NCBI GenBank assembly: GCA_019056805.1
Contig: DXJG01000012.1
Span: forward strand, 1 to 32,000
DNA: 32,000 nt
Source of the DNA: Candidatus Baldrarchaeota archaeon
GTDB taxonomy: Archaea; Asgardarchaeota; Baldrarchaeia; Baldrarchaeales; DXJG01
Direction: 5' to 3'
Shown: piece by piece, positions 18,082-27,441 of the stretch
How positions within the stretch are numbered: the stretch's first letter is position 1
Layout of the letters: every line of letters begins with the position of its first letter
Notes under the pieces: generated by a model
The model's database searches: none
Seen by the model: only the letters and a program-made list of their open reading frames with translations
What the model was told of the DNA's origin: nothing
Position numbers and translations under genes: made by a program

Positions 18082-18849
18082 TTAAGCTTCTAAGTCTTCT
18101 TTTGTTGTTTCGAAGCCGGATCTAGGTTTAGGAGTCCATTCAAGGTATGGTGCAAATGGATAGCGTGAAGCTCCTGCCTTATGTGTTTCTATTAGTCCAT
18201 TTAATAATTCATCTATAATATTTGGGTGAAAAGCAACTATTAATTCGCTATCTTGAACAAAACCGTATCTACGATCTCCGGCACATGGAAAGTCGACCAC
18301 GAAATCTCTACCAAGTGCTATGTTGGCAATGGCTGAACATAATGCTGCTTCTGCCGCAGTTTTTATCTCTACTGGTTTTCCATCTTGATAAGCATAGGCA
18401 TGAATTAATCTGACAGCTTGTGCAGGTGTACAATAGATTATAATGATTTGAGGTTCTCTGGGAGAGATGTCTAATGGGGCTGTCATTGCTGCATCGTATT
18501 TATGTCCATCATCTCCTAATCTTATCACTGATTCTTGAAATCGACGTGCTGCCTCTAGTGTTTTAGCGTAAAATTTTACGCTTAGTTTTCCGCTTTTTAA
18601 TCTCTCAGGAGTTTTTATGAATCCTAAGCACGATGAACCTAGTACGCAGACATGTTGCTCACGCGATATACAAGAGATTAAATGATGGTATCTGGCTTTT
18701 GCAACCAATTGACAAATGTTTGCATTATTATCTATGAAATATCCTTTTGGCGCATCTTTTCTCTTCTCAAAAAGCCTTATGGCGATTGGATGTGTTCTTA
18801 ATCTTAAGTATTGTATTAATAGATTGTAAGCTTCTTTCCACTTTGACAT
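18082..18849 (-). CDS. DUF169 family protein
   Basis: LRLRTHPIAIRL, CQLVAKAR, CVLGSSCLG, PAQAVRLIHAY, CSAI and PCAGDRRYG..DSELIV pattern of conserved Cys. ATG 18849 follows a GGGGGA RBS (255 aa). Confidence 0.8.
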   Translation of the reverse strand: MSKWKEAYNLLIQYLRLRTHPIAIRLFEKRKDAPKGYFIDNNANICQLVAKARYHHLISCISREQHVCVLGSSCLGFIKTPERLKSGKLSVKFYAKTLEAARRFQESVIRLGDDGHKYDAAMTAPLDISPREPQIIIIYCTPAQAVRLIHAYAYQDGKPVEIKTAAEAALCSAIANIALGRDFVVDFPCAGDRRYGFVQDSELIVAFHPNIIDELLNGLIETHKAGASRYPFAPYLEWTPKPRSGFETTKEDLEA

Positions 18850-19202
18850 GTCATCTTCCCCCAAAACATTTGGAAAGGATTATTTAAGAACTTTTTTATA
18901 TTTTCTTTGGCTGACGTTTTCATTTTGAGCTTATGAACTCAAGTGAATCAAAAATACAGCGATGATCATAATTCACTTAGGTTTCAAAGGGTGCCAAAAA
19001 TTAATTTTATTTGAAATACATATTTTGTATTGTTTATTCTTTCGATATGAGGTCAAATTTTCATCAATTAAATCTCTTCTAAAACTTCGAGTTCCTTGAA
19101 TAAAATAGAAGTAGATAGTTCAAAAATCATGTCGATAAGAGGGAGGCTTTGATTAGTTGTTTTGTAGCAATAGTTATCAGTGAATATAAGTAATGATATT
19201 TC

Positions 19203-19433
19203 TTATCGAGTTCTTCGTGGGAAATACCAAGGGAATGGAGTTAGCATGTATCTTGGAACTAAGCGTATTGCTTGTTGTGGGCATGAGCGGACACATAGCC
19301 CGCATCCTATGCAAATCATCCAGTTAACTATTGCTTTCCCCCTTATTACTTTTATAGCTCCAGTTGGACAATATCTCTCACAAGTTTTGCAGCCAACACA
19401 TCTATTTTTGTTAACATAAGCTACAAAAAACAC
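19203..19433 (-). CDS. 2[4Fe-4S] dicluster ferredoxin
   Basis: CVGCKTCERYCP and CIGCGLCVRSCP motifs. Confidence 0.9.
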   Translation of the reverse strand: MFFVAYVNKNRCVGCKTCERYCPTGAIKVIRGKAIVNWMICIGCGLCVRSCPQQAIRLVPRYMLTPFPWYFPRRTR

Positions 19434-19505
19434 TTACATCTCTCCTAACAAATTTCAATACGCAAATCCCTTTGAGATTACAACATATGTGAGCCAACTA
19501 TTAGC

Positions 19506-19781
19506 TTACTTTTTCAGCTCCTCCATACGCTTTCTAATCTCATTTAATTGCTGCTCCAGAAATTTCGCTTGTTCTTCTAACATTCTTATCTCTTCTTCCT
19601 TTGAAAATACTGGAGGAACTGCATATCCCATGGTATAAGGTGTTACTGGTGCGTAGATTCTCATCCACCAAGGCATCCATGGATAGAACCAAGGCCAGGG
19701 CCAATATCTGTATGTGTATCTGAACCAACTCATTATGTATGGAAGTAGGAACCATCCAAATGGTCCCATTCCAAACGGCAA
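19506..19781 (-). CDS. DUF5320-like small protein
   Basis: MP.G.GP start, W/Y/P-rich low-complexity middle, coiled-coil tail SKEEEIRMLEEQAKFLEQQLNEIRKRMEELKK. TTG start with AGGTGA RBS. Confidence 0.75.
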   Translation of the reverse strand: MPFGMGPFGWFLLPYIMSWFRYTYRYWPWPWFYPWMPWWMRIYAPVTPYTMGYAVPPVFSKEEEIRMLEEQAKFLEQQLNEIRKRMEELKK

Positions 19782-19814
19782 TTCACTTCACCTGTTTTCG
19801 TGTTCTCAAATATA

Positions 19815-19852
19815 TTGTGCAATAGCACAAAATATATTTTTCGATGCATCGA
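19815..19852. promoter_or_regulatory. Two palindromes upstream of the DUF5320/ferredoxin genes (candidate operators)
   Basis: ttgtgc-aata-gcacaa (19815-19830) and perfect tcgatgcatcga (19841-19852). Confidence 0.4.
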
Positions 19853-19911
19853 CCTATATAATGGATTTAGGGAAAACTAAAAACATAGAAAATCATGAAG
19901 ATAACCATATT

Positions 19912-20129
19912 TTAAATTTCTACAATTTTACAGCCCTGTTTCAACGCATTCTTCATAATATTTCTTACAAGGTCTCCACTACAAATTACATGGAACAACC
20001 TTTTTGCACCTAAATCTTTAAGCTATTCAATAATAGATGAGATTTCCGCTTCGGATGCCTTTATTAAATGAAACCACCGATAAGAAGATACTTATTGACA
20101 CCAGCCAGCTGTTTTCTCCCATAGTTGAA
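19912..20129 (-). pseudogene. C-terminal remnant of a DHPS-like (MJ0448-type) MBL-fold metallo-hydrolase
   Basis: Minus strand reads ...KYLLIGG, then after a 1-nt frameshift HLIKASEAEISSIIE*LKDLGAKRLFHVICSGD...KIVEI*. This matches the family C-terminus (IGGFHL...as.e.i..ii..lk.lg...PCHCTG...iei). There is an in-frame TAG at 20025-20023. Confidence 0.6.
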
Positions 20130-20183
20130 ACTTATCTAAGTTTTATCTTTAATTTTAAAAGTCATATTGTATAAATTGTTCTT

Positions 20184-21017
20184 ATGAGCGATGTAGTAAA
20201 GAGGTATTATGATTTATGTGCTGAACGAGAGTGGAAAAGACTTTTCAAAGATGCGTATCATCAACTTGAGTTTATTGTTACAATGCATTTTCTCGATAAA
20301 TATCTTCCAGAAAGCAGGTTGATTCTTGATGCTGGTGGCGGACCTGGGAGATATACCATAGAACTAGCTAAAAAGGGCTACGATGTTGTATTGTTAGATC
20401 TTTCACCTGAATGTTTAAAATTGGCGAGAAAGAAAATTAAGGAAGCAGGTGTTGAAAGTAAAGTTAAGAAAATTGTCGAGGGACCTGTTACAGATTTATC
20501 TATGTTTGAAGATAATCTTTTTGATGCTATATTATGTTTAGGTCCTCTTTCACATCTAATTGAAGAAAAGGACAGGGAAAAAGCTGCAAATGAACTTATA
20601 AGGGTTGCTAAACCTAGAACTCACCTCTTTGTTTCTGTAATTAATAGGTATGGAGTTTTCAGAACTGTTCTTCAAAGGTATCCATATAATCTTACTGAAC
20701 CCACCCATCGAGAGATGTTTGAAAAGGGTATACATCGTGCAGAATGGCACAAAGATCTTCCAGAGGATAAAGGTTTTATGGATGCTTATTTCTTTCATCC
20801 AAATGAGTTAAAACAGCTTTTTGAAAACAAGGGAGTTGAAACTGTAGATATGGTGGCATGCGAAGGTTTATCGGCTCATCTTCAAGAAGAAACTAACAAA
20901 ATATATGAGAATAAGGAGAAATGGAAAAGATGGGTGCAAATTATTCTTCAAACATGTAATGATCCAACAATAATTGGAGTAAGCGAACACATACTCTACA
21001 TAGGTAGAAAAAGGTGA
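20184..21017 (+). CDS. Class I SAM-dependent methyltransferase
   Basis: ILDAGGGPGRY motif I, VVLLDLS, FDAILCLGPLSHL. Confidence 0.9.
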   Translation: MSDVVKRYYDLCAEREWKRLFKDAYHQLEFIVTMHFLDKYLPESRLILDAGGGPGRYTIELAKKGYDVVLLDLSPECLKLARKKIKEAGVESKVKKIVEGPVTDLSMFEDNLFDAILCLGPLSHLIEEKDREKAANELIRVAKPRTHLFVSVINRYGVFRTVLQRYPYNLTEPTHREMFEKGIHRAEWHKDLPEDKGFMDAYFFHPNELKQLFENKGVETVDMVACEGLSAHLQEETNKIYENKEKWKRWVQIILQTCNDPTIIGVSEHILYIGRKR

Positions 21018-21018
21018 C

Positions 21019-21573
21019 TTAGATTTTTCTAAATATTTCCATTAGCATGTCGTAAACATTCTCCTCTTTTGCACGTTTTGTTAAATAGTTCATGTCTAAA
21101 TGGTCTCTTATATTTACAATTACAGAAAAAACGTCTTCTATGTCTTGTGGTGAGCCATAAATAAGTTTAGCAATTATGAGGTCTTCAGGGGCTTCTATCC
21201 ATGTTTCTAAATTCAATAACGTAATTTTACGTCTATTTTTGATCACAATTTGATCAAGTTTTGTATAAATGCTTTTCATATCAACTCTAAATGGAGTTAT
21301 CTTGTCAAATATAGAAAAATGAGATTTATTTTTTAGTGCGGTAATGATTTCCTTCTCTGTTACATCTAGGTCATATCTTGTTAAAATAGATGTCAATCTT
21401 TTGATGCTCTCTTCTTCTAATAAATTTAAGTCAGCAATTATGTCGATATCCATGGTAGTTCTTGGTCTTCCATAAATAATAGCTGCTACTCCCCCAACAA
21501 TCACATAATCAATTTTAGACTCATTTAATGCTGAAATTACTCGTTTTACAAATCTTTCAAATCTGCTTTCCAT
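21019..21573 (-). CDS. Putative nucleotidyltransferase (DUF6036/AbiEii-like, Pol-beta superfamily)
   Basis: YVIVGGVAAIIYGRPRTTMDIDI (GG..A + T.D.D) and PEDLIIAKL..GSPQDIED motifs. Confidence 0.8.
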   Translation of the reverse strand: MESRFERFVKRVISALNESKIDYVIVGGVAAIIYGRPRTTMDIDIIADLNLLEEESIKRLTSILTRYDLDVTEKEIITALKNKSHFSIFDKITPFRVDMKSIYTKLDQIVIKNRRKITLLNLETWIEAPEDLIIAKLIYGSPQDIEDVFSVIVNIRDHLDMNYLTKRAKEENVYDMLMEIFRKI

Positions 21574-21785
21574 TTTTCTTTAAGCTCCATCATGTTTTTC
21601 CTTAACAATTTGAAAAGTTCCTCTTCAACGACATTAGGATACATTTTTCTTAGATGTTCCAATTTAGTTTTGATGACAAAATCTATCAGTTCTCCCGCTA
21701 TTTTAAGCGGATTTTCTTTTAATTTCTTCATTCTTTCGATATCTTGTTTAATTTGTCTTATTCTATGCTCGCTAGGAAAATACAC
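21546..21785 (-). CDS. Small helical protein overlapping the nucleotidyltransferase start (putative antitoxin/partner)
   Basis: 79 aa, E/K/L-rich, LRKMYPNVVEEELFK segment. GTG start with GAGGT RBS. Overlaps the downstream gene by 28 bp. Confidence 0.7.
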   Translation of the reverse strand: MYFPSEHRIRQIKQDIERMKKLKENPLKIAGELIDFVIKTKLEHLRKMYPNVVEEELFKLLRKNMMELKEKWKADLKDL

Positions 21786-22086
21786 AAGTTATCAACCTCA
21801 GTTGTTAAATTATACTTCAACTAATATATTTACTTTGATTATGGAAACTTAATTTATTCTACCAATATCTAGCTGTTTAAAAATGAAAACTTACTAAAAG
21901 AAAATATTATTCTTTCAGAAAAGGTAAGTGAAATGCTCTAAAATATGTAAATAATCCAAATAATAATTAAGATGTCTGGTTACAGTATGATAAATAGGAA
22001 AAGTATATTGTTCTTAAAAGATTTCATAAAGTACTCGTTTGAAAAATAATATAATAGTTTAATATTCTAAAAAGAGGGGAATTGTT

Positions 22087-22989
22087 GTGTCTGTGAAAAT
22101 TGAAATGTTTGGTTTAAAACTGCCTAAGATCAAGCCAGGAGATGATTTGGTTAAACTAATATTGGATGAAGCTTTACGGGTAGCCGATGGCGTAAAGGAT
22201 GGAGATGTTGTAGTTATAACGAGTAAGGTTATCTCTAAGGCATATAACTTTTTAATTAAATTGGATGAAGTTAAACCCTCAAAAAAGGCTTTAAAAATGG
22301 CTAGGAAGCTTAATATGGATCCAAGGTTTATTCAAGCCGTACTTGATCAGAGCGATGAAATACTTTTCGTATTTCCGTTTTATGAATTGGTTAGAGAAGG
22401 GATAATTAGTATAGAGAAAGTGTCAAAGGACCTTAGTGGGGCATATGAGGCTTTAAAGAGAATTCCATATATGCTGGTTGTGAGAAGGGATCATCAAATT
22501 TATACAGATGCGGGTTTAGATTTTTCAAATAATCCTGAAGGTATACTTAGTGCTTTGCCTAGAAACTTGGATAAAATTGCTAGGGAGATTAGGAGAAAAA
22601 TAATGGAATTGACTGGGAAGGATGTAGCTGTTGTTATATCTGATACTGAGGTTTGGTTTTCACTTGGTTCCTTAGATTTTGCTAGAGGTTCTTCAGGTAT
22701 TGAAGTTGTTTCAAGAGATTTTGGGGAGTTAGATTTGTATGGTAAACCTAAGTTTGGTGGAGTAGATTATATTGTGCATGAAATTGCTTGTGCAGCAGCT
22801 CTTTTAATGGGTCAAACAGCAGAAGGTATTCCAGTAGTTATAATTAGAGGGTATAAATATCGGAGGAACGAAGAAGGTGTTTCAGACTACCAAATAGCTC
22901 CAGATAAGGTAAAGAAAGCTATTAGAAAAATAATGAGGTCCTCAATTGAAGCATTAGGATTAAAATGGTTGTTAAAACTATTTAAATAA
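22087..22989 (+). CDS. cofE: Coenzyme F420-0:L-glutamate ligase (CofE)-like protein, divergent
   Basis: LPKIKPGDDL, DGDVVVITSKVISKA, AGLDFSN, VAVVISDT, DLYG and IACAAALLMGQTAEGIPVVIIRG motifs. GAGGGG RBS upstream. Confidence 0.75.
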   Translation: MSVKIEMFGLKLPKIKPGDDLVKLILDEALRVADGVKDGDVVVITSKVISKAYNFLIKLDEVKPSKKALKMARKLNMDPRFIQAVLDQSDEILFVFPFYELVREGIISIEKVSKDLSGAYEALKRIPYMLVVRRDHQIYTDAGLDFSNNPEGILSALPRNLDKIAREIRRKIMELTGKDVAVVISDTEVWFSLGSLDFARGSSGIEVVSRDFGELDLYGKPKFGGVDYIVHEIACAAALLMGQTAEGIPVVIIRGYKYRRNEEGVSDYQIAPDKVKKAIRKIMRSSIEALGLKWLLKLFK

Positions 22990-23241
22990 GTAAACATCTA
23001 CATTTCATCCTGTCCCTAGCAAAATCTTTAGTCTTCTTCTGAGTTTCTATACGTCGATGCTAAATTTGTATATTTTTCTAGAACAAGGTTTGACAATTTT
23101 TCTATTAACTTCATTTATATTTTCTTTGGCAATTTATTCCAAACAAAAGACTTAAAAAGTTGTAGCATATATTACAATTAATAGTTTTTTCCAAAAGCGC
23201 CTAGAAGTTGCGTATCCTCCATAATATTGGAGGTTCGCAAG

Positions 23242-26200
23242 TTGCGTGTGGGCGCGAAACTATTAAGGTTTGTTTTTATCTTCTCGCTTATTGCTACATT
23301 ATGTGTATGTGATGTTATGCTCCCATTCAGTGCTCTTAGCAATTCTCATGAAACATTATCTCCATCAAGTGTTAGATATCCGTTTTCAGTAGATATAGGT
23401 CCAATCTATGAAGATAACAGACTAGTTGCATATGTACTTTACCCCATTCGCCAAGTCTACGTCGTTGACGTTTATAAAGTAGAGCTTCCCGATGAATTGA
23501 ATAAAACGAGTATCAGGGTTGGATATCTAAACAGTATGGGTATTGAACATTTAGATTATTGGAATGGTATAGATGGAATAGGATGGGAAGCAGAACTGAC
23601 TAGGTTTGAAGAGTTCATGAAATACTTTAACATAACTGCCGATAAAGATGGCAGAATAAATCTTGCTGGAGAACCCATATACCATGAGTTCTATGAAAGA
23701 AATCTTCTAGAAGTGCATTTCGCTAGGAAACACTGGCAAAATGTGCTTATAGAAATCTTGAAGATGATGTTTGATTCTGGAATGGCTGGGGTAGAGTTTG
23801 ATGGAGGTATCGGAGCGTATTCAGCGAGTGGGGGCTTCTTTACATTTGACAACGAAACCATGGAAGGTTTCAATGAATATTTAGCTTCTAAATATTCTGA
23901 AGAGGAATTAAGAACGCTTTTTGGCATAGAAAATATCGAGACATTCAACTTTAGGGAATATCTAAATAATCTTGGATATTATGATGATTCAACTATTAGT
24001 CCTGATGGGAGTGAAATTACAGATCCCAAAGCTAGGGCTCTTTGGAGAGAACTGGCATTATACCATTTAACATGCTTGGTTGATTTCTACAAAAAAATCA
24101 GAGAAAACATAGATGCTTGGGAGAATAAAAGTGGAAGAGATTTTATAGTGTTGATTAATGCGCCTACACTTCACTATAAAACCTGCTGGGGTTTGCCAAT
24201 AAATATCTTAGCTGTTCTTCAATACGTAGATGGGCTTAGCTACGAAGTGGATTGGAGAAGTGAGGGAAATGCTTATCCAAATATGACTTTGGCTCCTGAT
24301 TTTAGGATAGTAACCAGCTTAAGCAAGATGATAAGAAGTTGGACTCTTCCAACTTCAGGATTATCACCTGAATGGGCATTAAAATGTATTCCATTAGATT
24401 TTATTGCAGCAGCTGAACTCATAGCTGTCAGTGCTAAGGAAACAAACCCGCAACTTCCAGTATTGATTGATATAGATGACCTAAAACGTTTAGAAGATTT
24501 CAGCTTTCTAATTCAGAAGAACCCGCAACTTTACGATCAAGAAGATTATGGACAAATAGCTTTAATATATCCTATGGCCTCTGCCTGGTACTCGGAAGAA
24601 CCTCCTACAGCCGTGATACCTGTTGATCGTTATATTAGTTATGAGGGAGCTTATTATCTCTTAGCTGATGCACATTATCCAATAGACGTCGTGGTTTTTG
24701 GCGATAACATATGGTTTAATAGGACCCCCTCCTTAGGTGAATTGTTAAAGTATAAGGCTATAGTGTTAGCTAATGCAACTCATTTAACAGATGATCAAGT
24801 TGAGCTTATAATAGACTATGTAGAGAGCGGCGGAATTCTTATTGCTATAGGAGAACTGGGGGTTTATAATGAAACTGGAGCTAAGGTTAGTAGACCTGAG
24901 CTTTCATCTTTACTAGAAGGCACATATAGCACGATGCACGGTATAAATGTCTCCATACATAGTTATGGTAGTGGAACTGTTATTCACATCCCGGAAAACC
25001 TAGCTTGGGATTACTTCATGTATAGACTTTACTATGATCCAGATTCGAAGAATATTTTAAATGGGTTCAAGTCTATTTTGACATCTGTATTGCCTAGTGA
25101 AATCGAGACCAACTTAACAGATCGAACTCATATTATACGGTATAGGGGTAAAGAGGTTGAAAACCTCGTATTTTACATAGTCAATTATGAGTTTGATTTT
25201 GAGAAAAGGGAGTTAATTAAGCAATATAATGTTAGTTTTTCCTTTAAGCTACCGAGCTTCTTAGCTGAAAGAGAAATTCAAGTGAAAGTATATTCAGAAG
25301 AGAACACGGATGGCGAACTTGTTAATTTTGAAAAAGATGGCGATTGGATTCATATTTCATTGTCAGAAGTTCCTGTGTTGACAATTGTTGAAGTAAGACC
25401 CTATAAACCAAAAGATGAAACGACCGTGATATCTGAACCAACTACTCTTGAAAGTGAAACATTAATTTTGTCTGGAGATCTAGTAATCTCTTCAGATCTA
25501 GTTTTAAGGGATTCAAGGATCGTTGTGAATGCTTCAAGTTGGGAACCTATCTCTATTAGAGTTCTTCCGGGCGGTTCTCTTACGATGATTAATTCTGTCA
25601 TAGACAAAGAAGCGGGAAACTATTTTGTAGTCGTAGAGAAAGGTGCTAAACTTTACATGAGAAACTCTGAGGTTAGTGGAGCTGGAGTATGGGGAACTCT
25701 AGATCGAAGTGGATTTGTAGTGTTTGCTGACGACGTCGTAGTAACGGGCTGCAGCTTTCACAATAGCTTCGACGCTGGTCTCCTACTTTATAACGTTACT
25801 TATGCGGTAGTCTCGAATAATACATTCCGTGATAATAGGATAGGTCTTTCAATAGTAATTGCAGGAATGGTCAACGCTATGGGAAATAAGTATGTAAACA
25901 ACAGTATAGGTCTATATGCAACTGACATTATTAGACTTAAAATATCGGATAGCCTATTTTTGAATAATGGATTCCTAGGTATGGCTCTGAAGAGAGGCAA
26001 TTTCGAGATATTTAACACTACAGTTAAGGACTCGTTGCACCACGGCATTTATGTCAATTCGGGAACGATTAAAATATGTGAGTCAATAGTGGAGTCTAAT
26101 GAGGTTGGTATATTTGTCGACGGCTCTCCTTTAGCTATACTGTTAGGAAATAAGGTGTATAATAATACTAACATTGGCATATGGTTTAATCAGATAGTTT

Positions 26201-27396
26201 CACTAGGAAATTACCCATGGTTCTGGTATAACTTGAAACTTCCATCTCTACTATGTGAAGGATGTATTATCAACAATGAAATTACTGAAAATGGTATTGG
26301 GATTTTAGTTGAGAACAAAGAATACTACTTTAATGAATTTATACGTATAGCTAACAATACCATTAGCGGAAATCAGGTTGGAATATCGATTTCAAACTCT
26401 GTCGCAAAAATATATGCTAACAACTTTATAGGGAATGAAAAACATGTTGGTCAAGTAAGTGGACCTGTGGAGTTCTACTATGATTGGATTTTAGCGGGAG
26501 AAAGAATAGCCTTAAAGACTATTGGGAACTATTGGGATGACTATAGTGGGTCGGGTAATTATACGGTGACTTCAGAGTACGAAGATATTTATCCCCTCAG
26601 AGAACCTGCGGCAACTTCCTTTACCGGGGATGTAAATGAACCTATAGTTAAAATTTTAAATGTAAGTATTGTTTCTTCTTCTAATGGAATGGTTAAGGTA
26701 AAACTATATTTTGAGACTTGGGATGATACTCTTCTCAGCGGTGCACCGACACCTGATCTTTACTGCTACTTCGCTTTTGGCTCGTTTTGGAGTCCAAATA
26801 TAGAAATGGAGCATAACTGGATTGGAGTAAGCGGGGAGATATTGGCTCCAGAACTTAGTGGAAGGTCTCCTGAAGATGTTTTAAGCTATGTAATTGGGTC
26901 TTGGGTGGCAGAAGTAAATGAGTCCTGGCTGGAAAATATGAGCATAGCGATATATGTAAGTGATATGTATTGTAACTGGGCTCGAAACGACAGTATTAAG
27001 CCTCATGTAACGGTTGTTAGAAGGGATCCCGACGTTGTCTACGAGGCCGATGAAGTCACAATAGAGGCCGCAGTTTTCGATTGGAGCAGAATTGCAAACG
27101 TCACCTTAAGGTATTATGATGGAAGCTCTTTCAAAGAGGTGGTCATGAATTATGATCACCGAAGCGGACTATATGTTGCTAAAATACCTGCTTTGCAAGC
27201 AGGAAAACGCGTAGAATATCAGGTCATTGCTGAGGATATCTATGGAAATCTAGCTGAAAGCAATGTTTATTCGTACGAGGTTAAAGCTGTGGTTCCGCCA
27301 AGTGTAGAAATTCCCGTAGAGTACATAATTGGAGGAGTGGTAAGTGTGGTTGTGGTGGGGACAATAATAGTAATTATAATTCGACGTAGAAGATAG
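23242..27396 (+). CDS. Paralogue of 1929-6509: glycoside-hydrolase-like TIM barrel + trimerisation-like domain + beta-helix + one Ig-like domain + TM anchor
   Basis: Shared blocks: GVEFDGG, FD.ETM..FNEYLASKY, GQIALIYP, YEGAYYLLAD.H...D.VV.GDNIW, LLKYKAIVL.NA..LTDDQVEL, VLPGGSL, GNYW.DY.GSG.Y, Y.SDMY.NW..ND. GGAGGT RBS at 23229-23234 favours TTG 23242 over 23227. Ends in a TM helix plus RRRR. Confidence 0.85.
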   Translation: MRVGAKLLRFVFIFSLIATLCVCDVMLPFSALSNSHETLSPSSVRYPFSVDIGPIYEDNRLVAYVLYPIRQVYVVDVYKVELPDELNKTSIRVGYLNSMGIEHLDYWNGIDGIGWEAELTRFEEFMKYFNITADKDGRINLAGEPIYHEFYERNLLEVHFARKHWQNVLIEILKMMFDSGMAGVEFDGGIGAYSASGGFFTFDNETMEGFNEYLASKYSEEELRTLFGIENIETFNFREYLNNLGYYDDSTISPDGSEITDPKARALWRELALYHLTCLVDFYKKIRENIDAWENKSGRDFIVLINAPTLHYKTCWGLPINILAVLQYVDGLSYEVDWRSEGNAYPNMTLAPDFRIVTSLSKMIRSWTLPTSGLSPEWALKCIPLDFIAAAELIAVSAKETNPQLPVLIDIDDLKRLEDFSFLIQKNPQLYDQEDYGQIALIYPMASAWYSEEPPTAVIPVDRYISYEGAYYLLADAHYPIDVVVFGDNIWFNRTPSLGELLKYKAIVLANATHLTDDQVELIIDYVESGGILIAIGELGVYNETGAKVSRPELSSLLEGTYSTMHGINVSIHSYGSGTVIHIPENLAWDYFMYRLYYDPDSKNILNGFKSILTSVLPSEIETNLTDRTHIIRYRGKEVENLVFYIVNYEFDFEKRELIKQYNVSFSFKLPSFLAEREIQVKVYSEENTDGELVNFEKDGDWIHISLSEVPVLTIVEVRPYKPKDETTVISEPTTLESETLILSGDLVISSDLVLRDSRIVVNASSWEPISIRVLPGGSLTMINSVIDKEAGNYFVVVEKGAKLYMRNSEVSGAGVWGTLDRSGFVVFADDVVVTGCSFHNSFDAGLLLYNVTYAVVSNNTFRDNRIGLSIVIAGMVNAMGNKYVNNSIGLYATDIIRLKISDSLFLNNGFLGMALKRGNFEIFNTTVKDSLHHGIYVNSGTIKICESIVESNEVGIFVDGSPLAILLGNKVYNNTNIGIWFNQIVSLGNYPWFWYNLKLPSLLCEGCIINNEITENGIGILVENKEYYFNEFIRIANNTISGNQVGISISNSVAKIYANNFIGNEKHVGQVSGPVEFYYDWILAGERIALKTIGNYWDDYSGSGNYTVTSEYEDIYPLREPAATSFTGDVNEPIVKILNVSIVSSSNGMVKVKLYFETWDDTLLSGAPTPDLYCYFAFGSFWSPNIEMEHNWIGVSGEILAPELSGRSPEDVLSYVIGSWVAEVNESWLENMSIAIYVSDMYCNWARNDSIKPHVTVVRRDPDVVYEADEVTIEAAVFDWSRIANVTLRYYDGSSFKEVVMNYDHRSGLYVAKIPALQAGKRVEYQVIAEDIYGNLAESNVYSYEVKAVVPPSVEIPVEYIIGGVVSVVVVGTIIVIIIRRRR

Positions 27397-27441
27397 ATTT
27401 CACTGCATTACAAGTTTTTGAGCGAAAACGTTTACAATTTA

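Noticed and set aside
18865-19202. Stop-riddled protein-like frames between DUF169 and the ferredoxin
   Set aside because: No family motif is recognisable in any frame, so it cannot be distinguished from AT-rich intergenic DNA.
18895-23130. Exact 17-mer tttatattttctttggc at 18895-18911 and 23114-23130
   Set aside because: It is low-complexity and T-rich. My rough estimate is that about one such match is expected by chance in 32 kb, and the flanks do not align.
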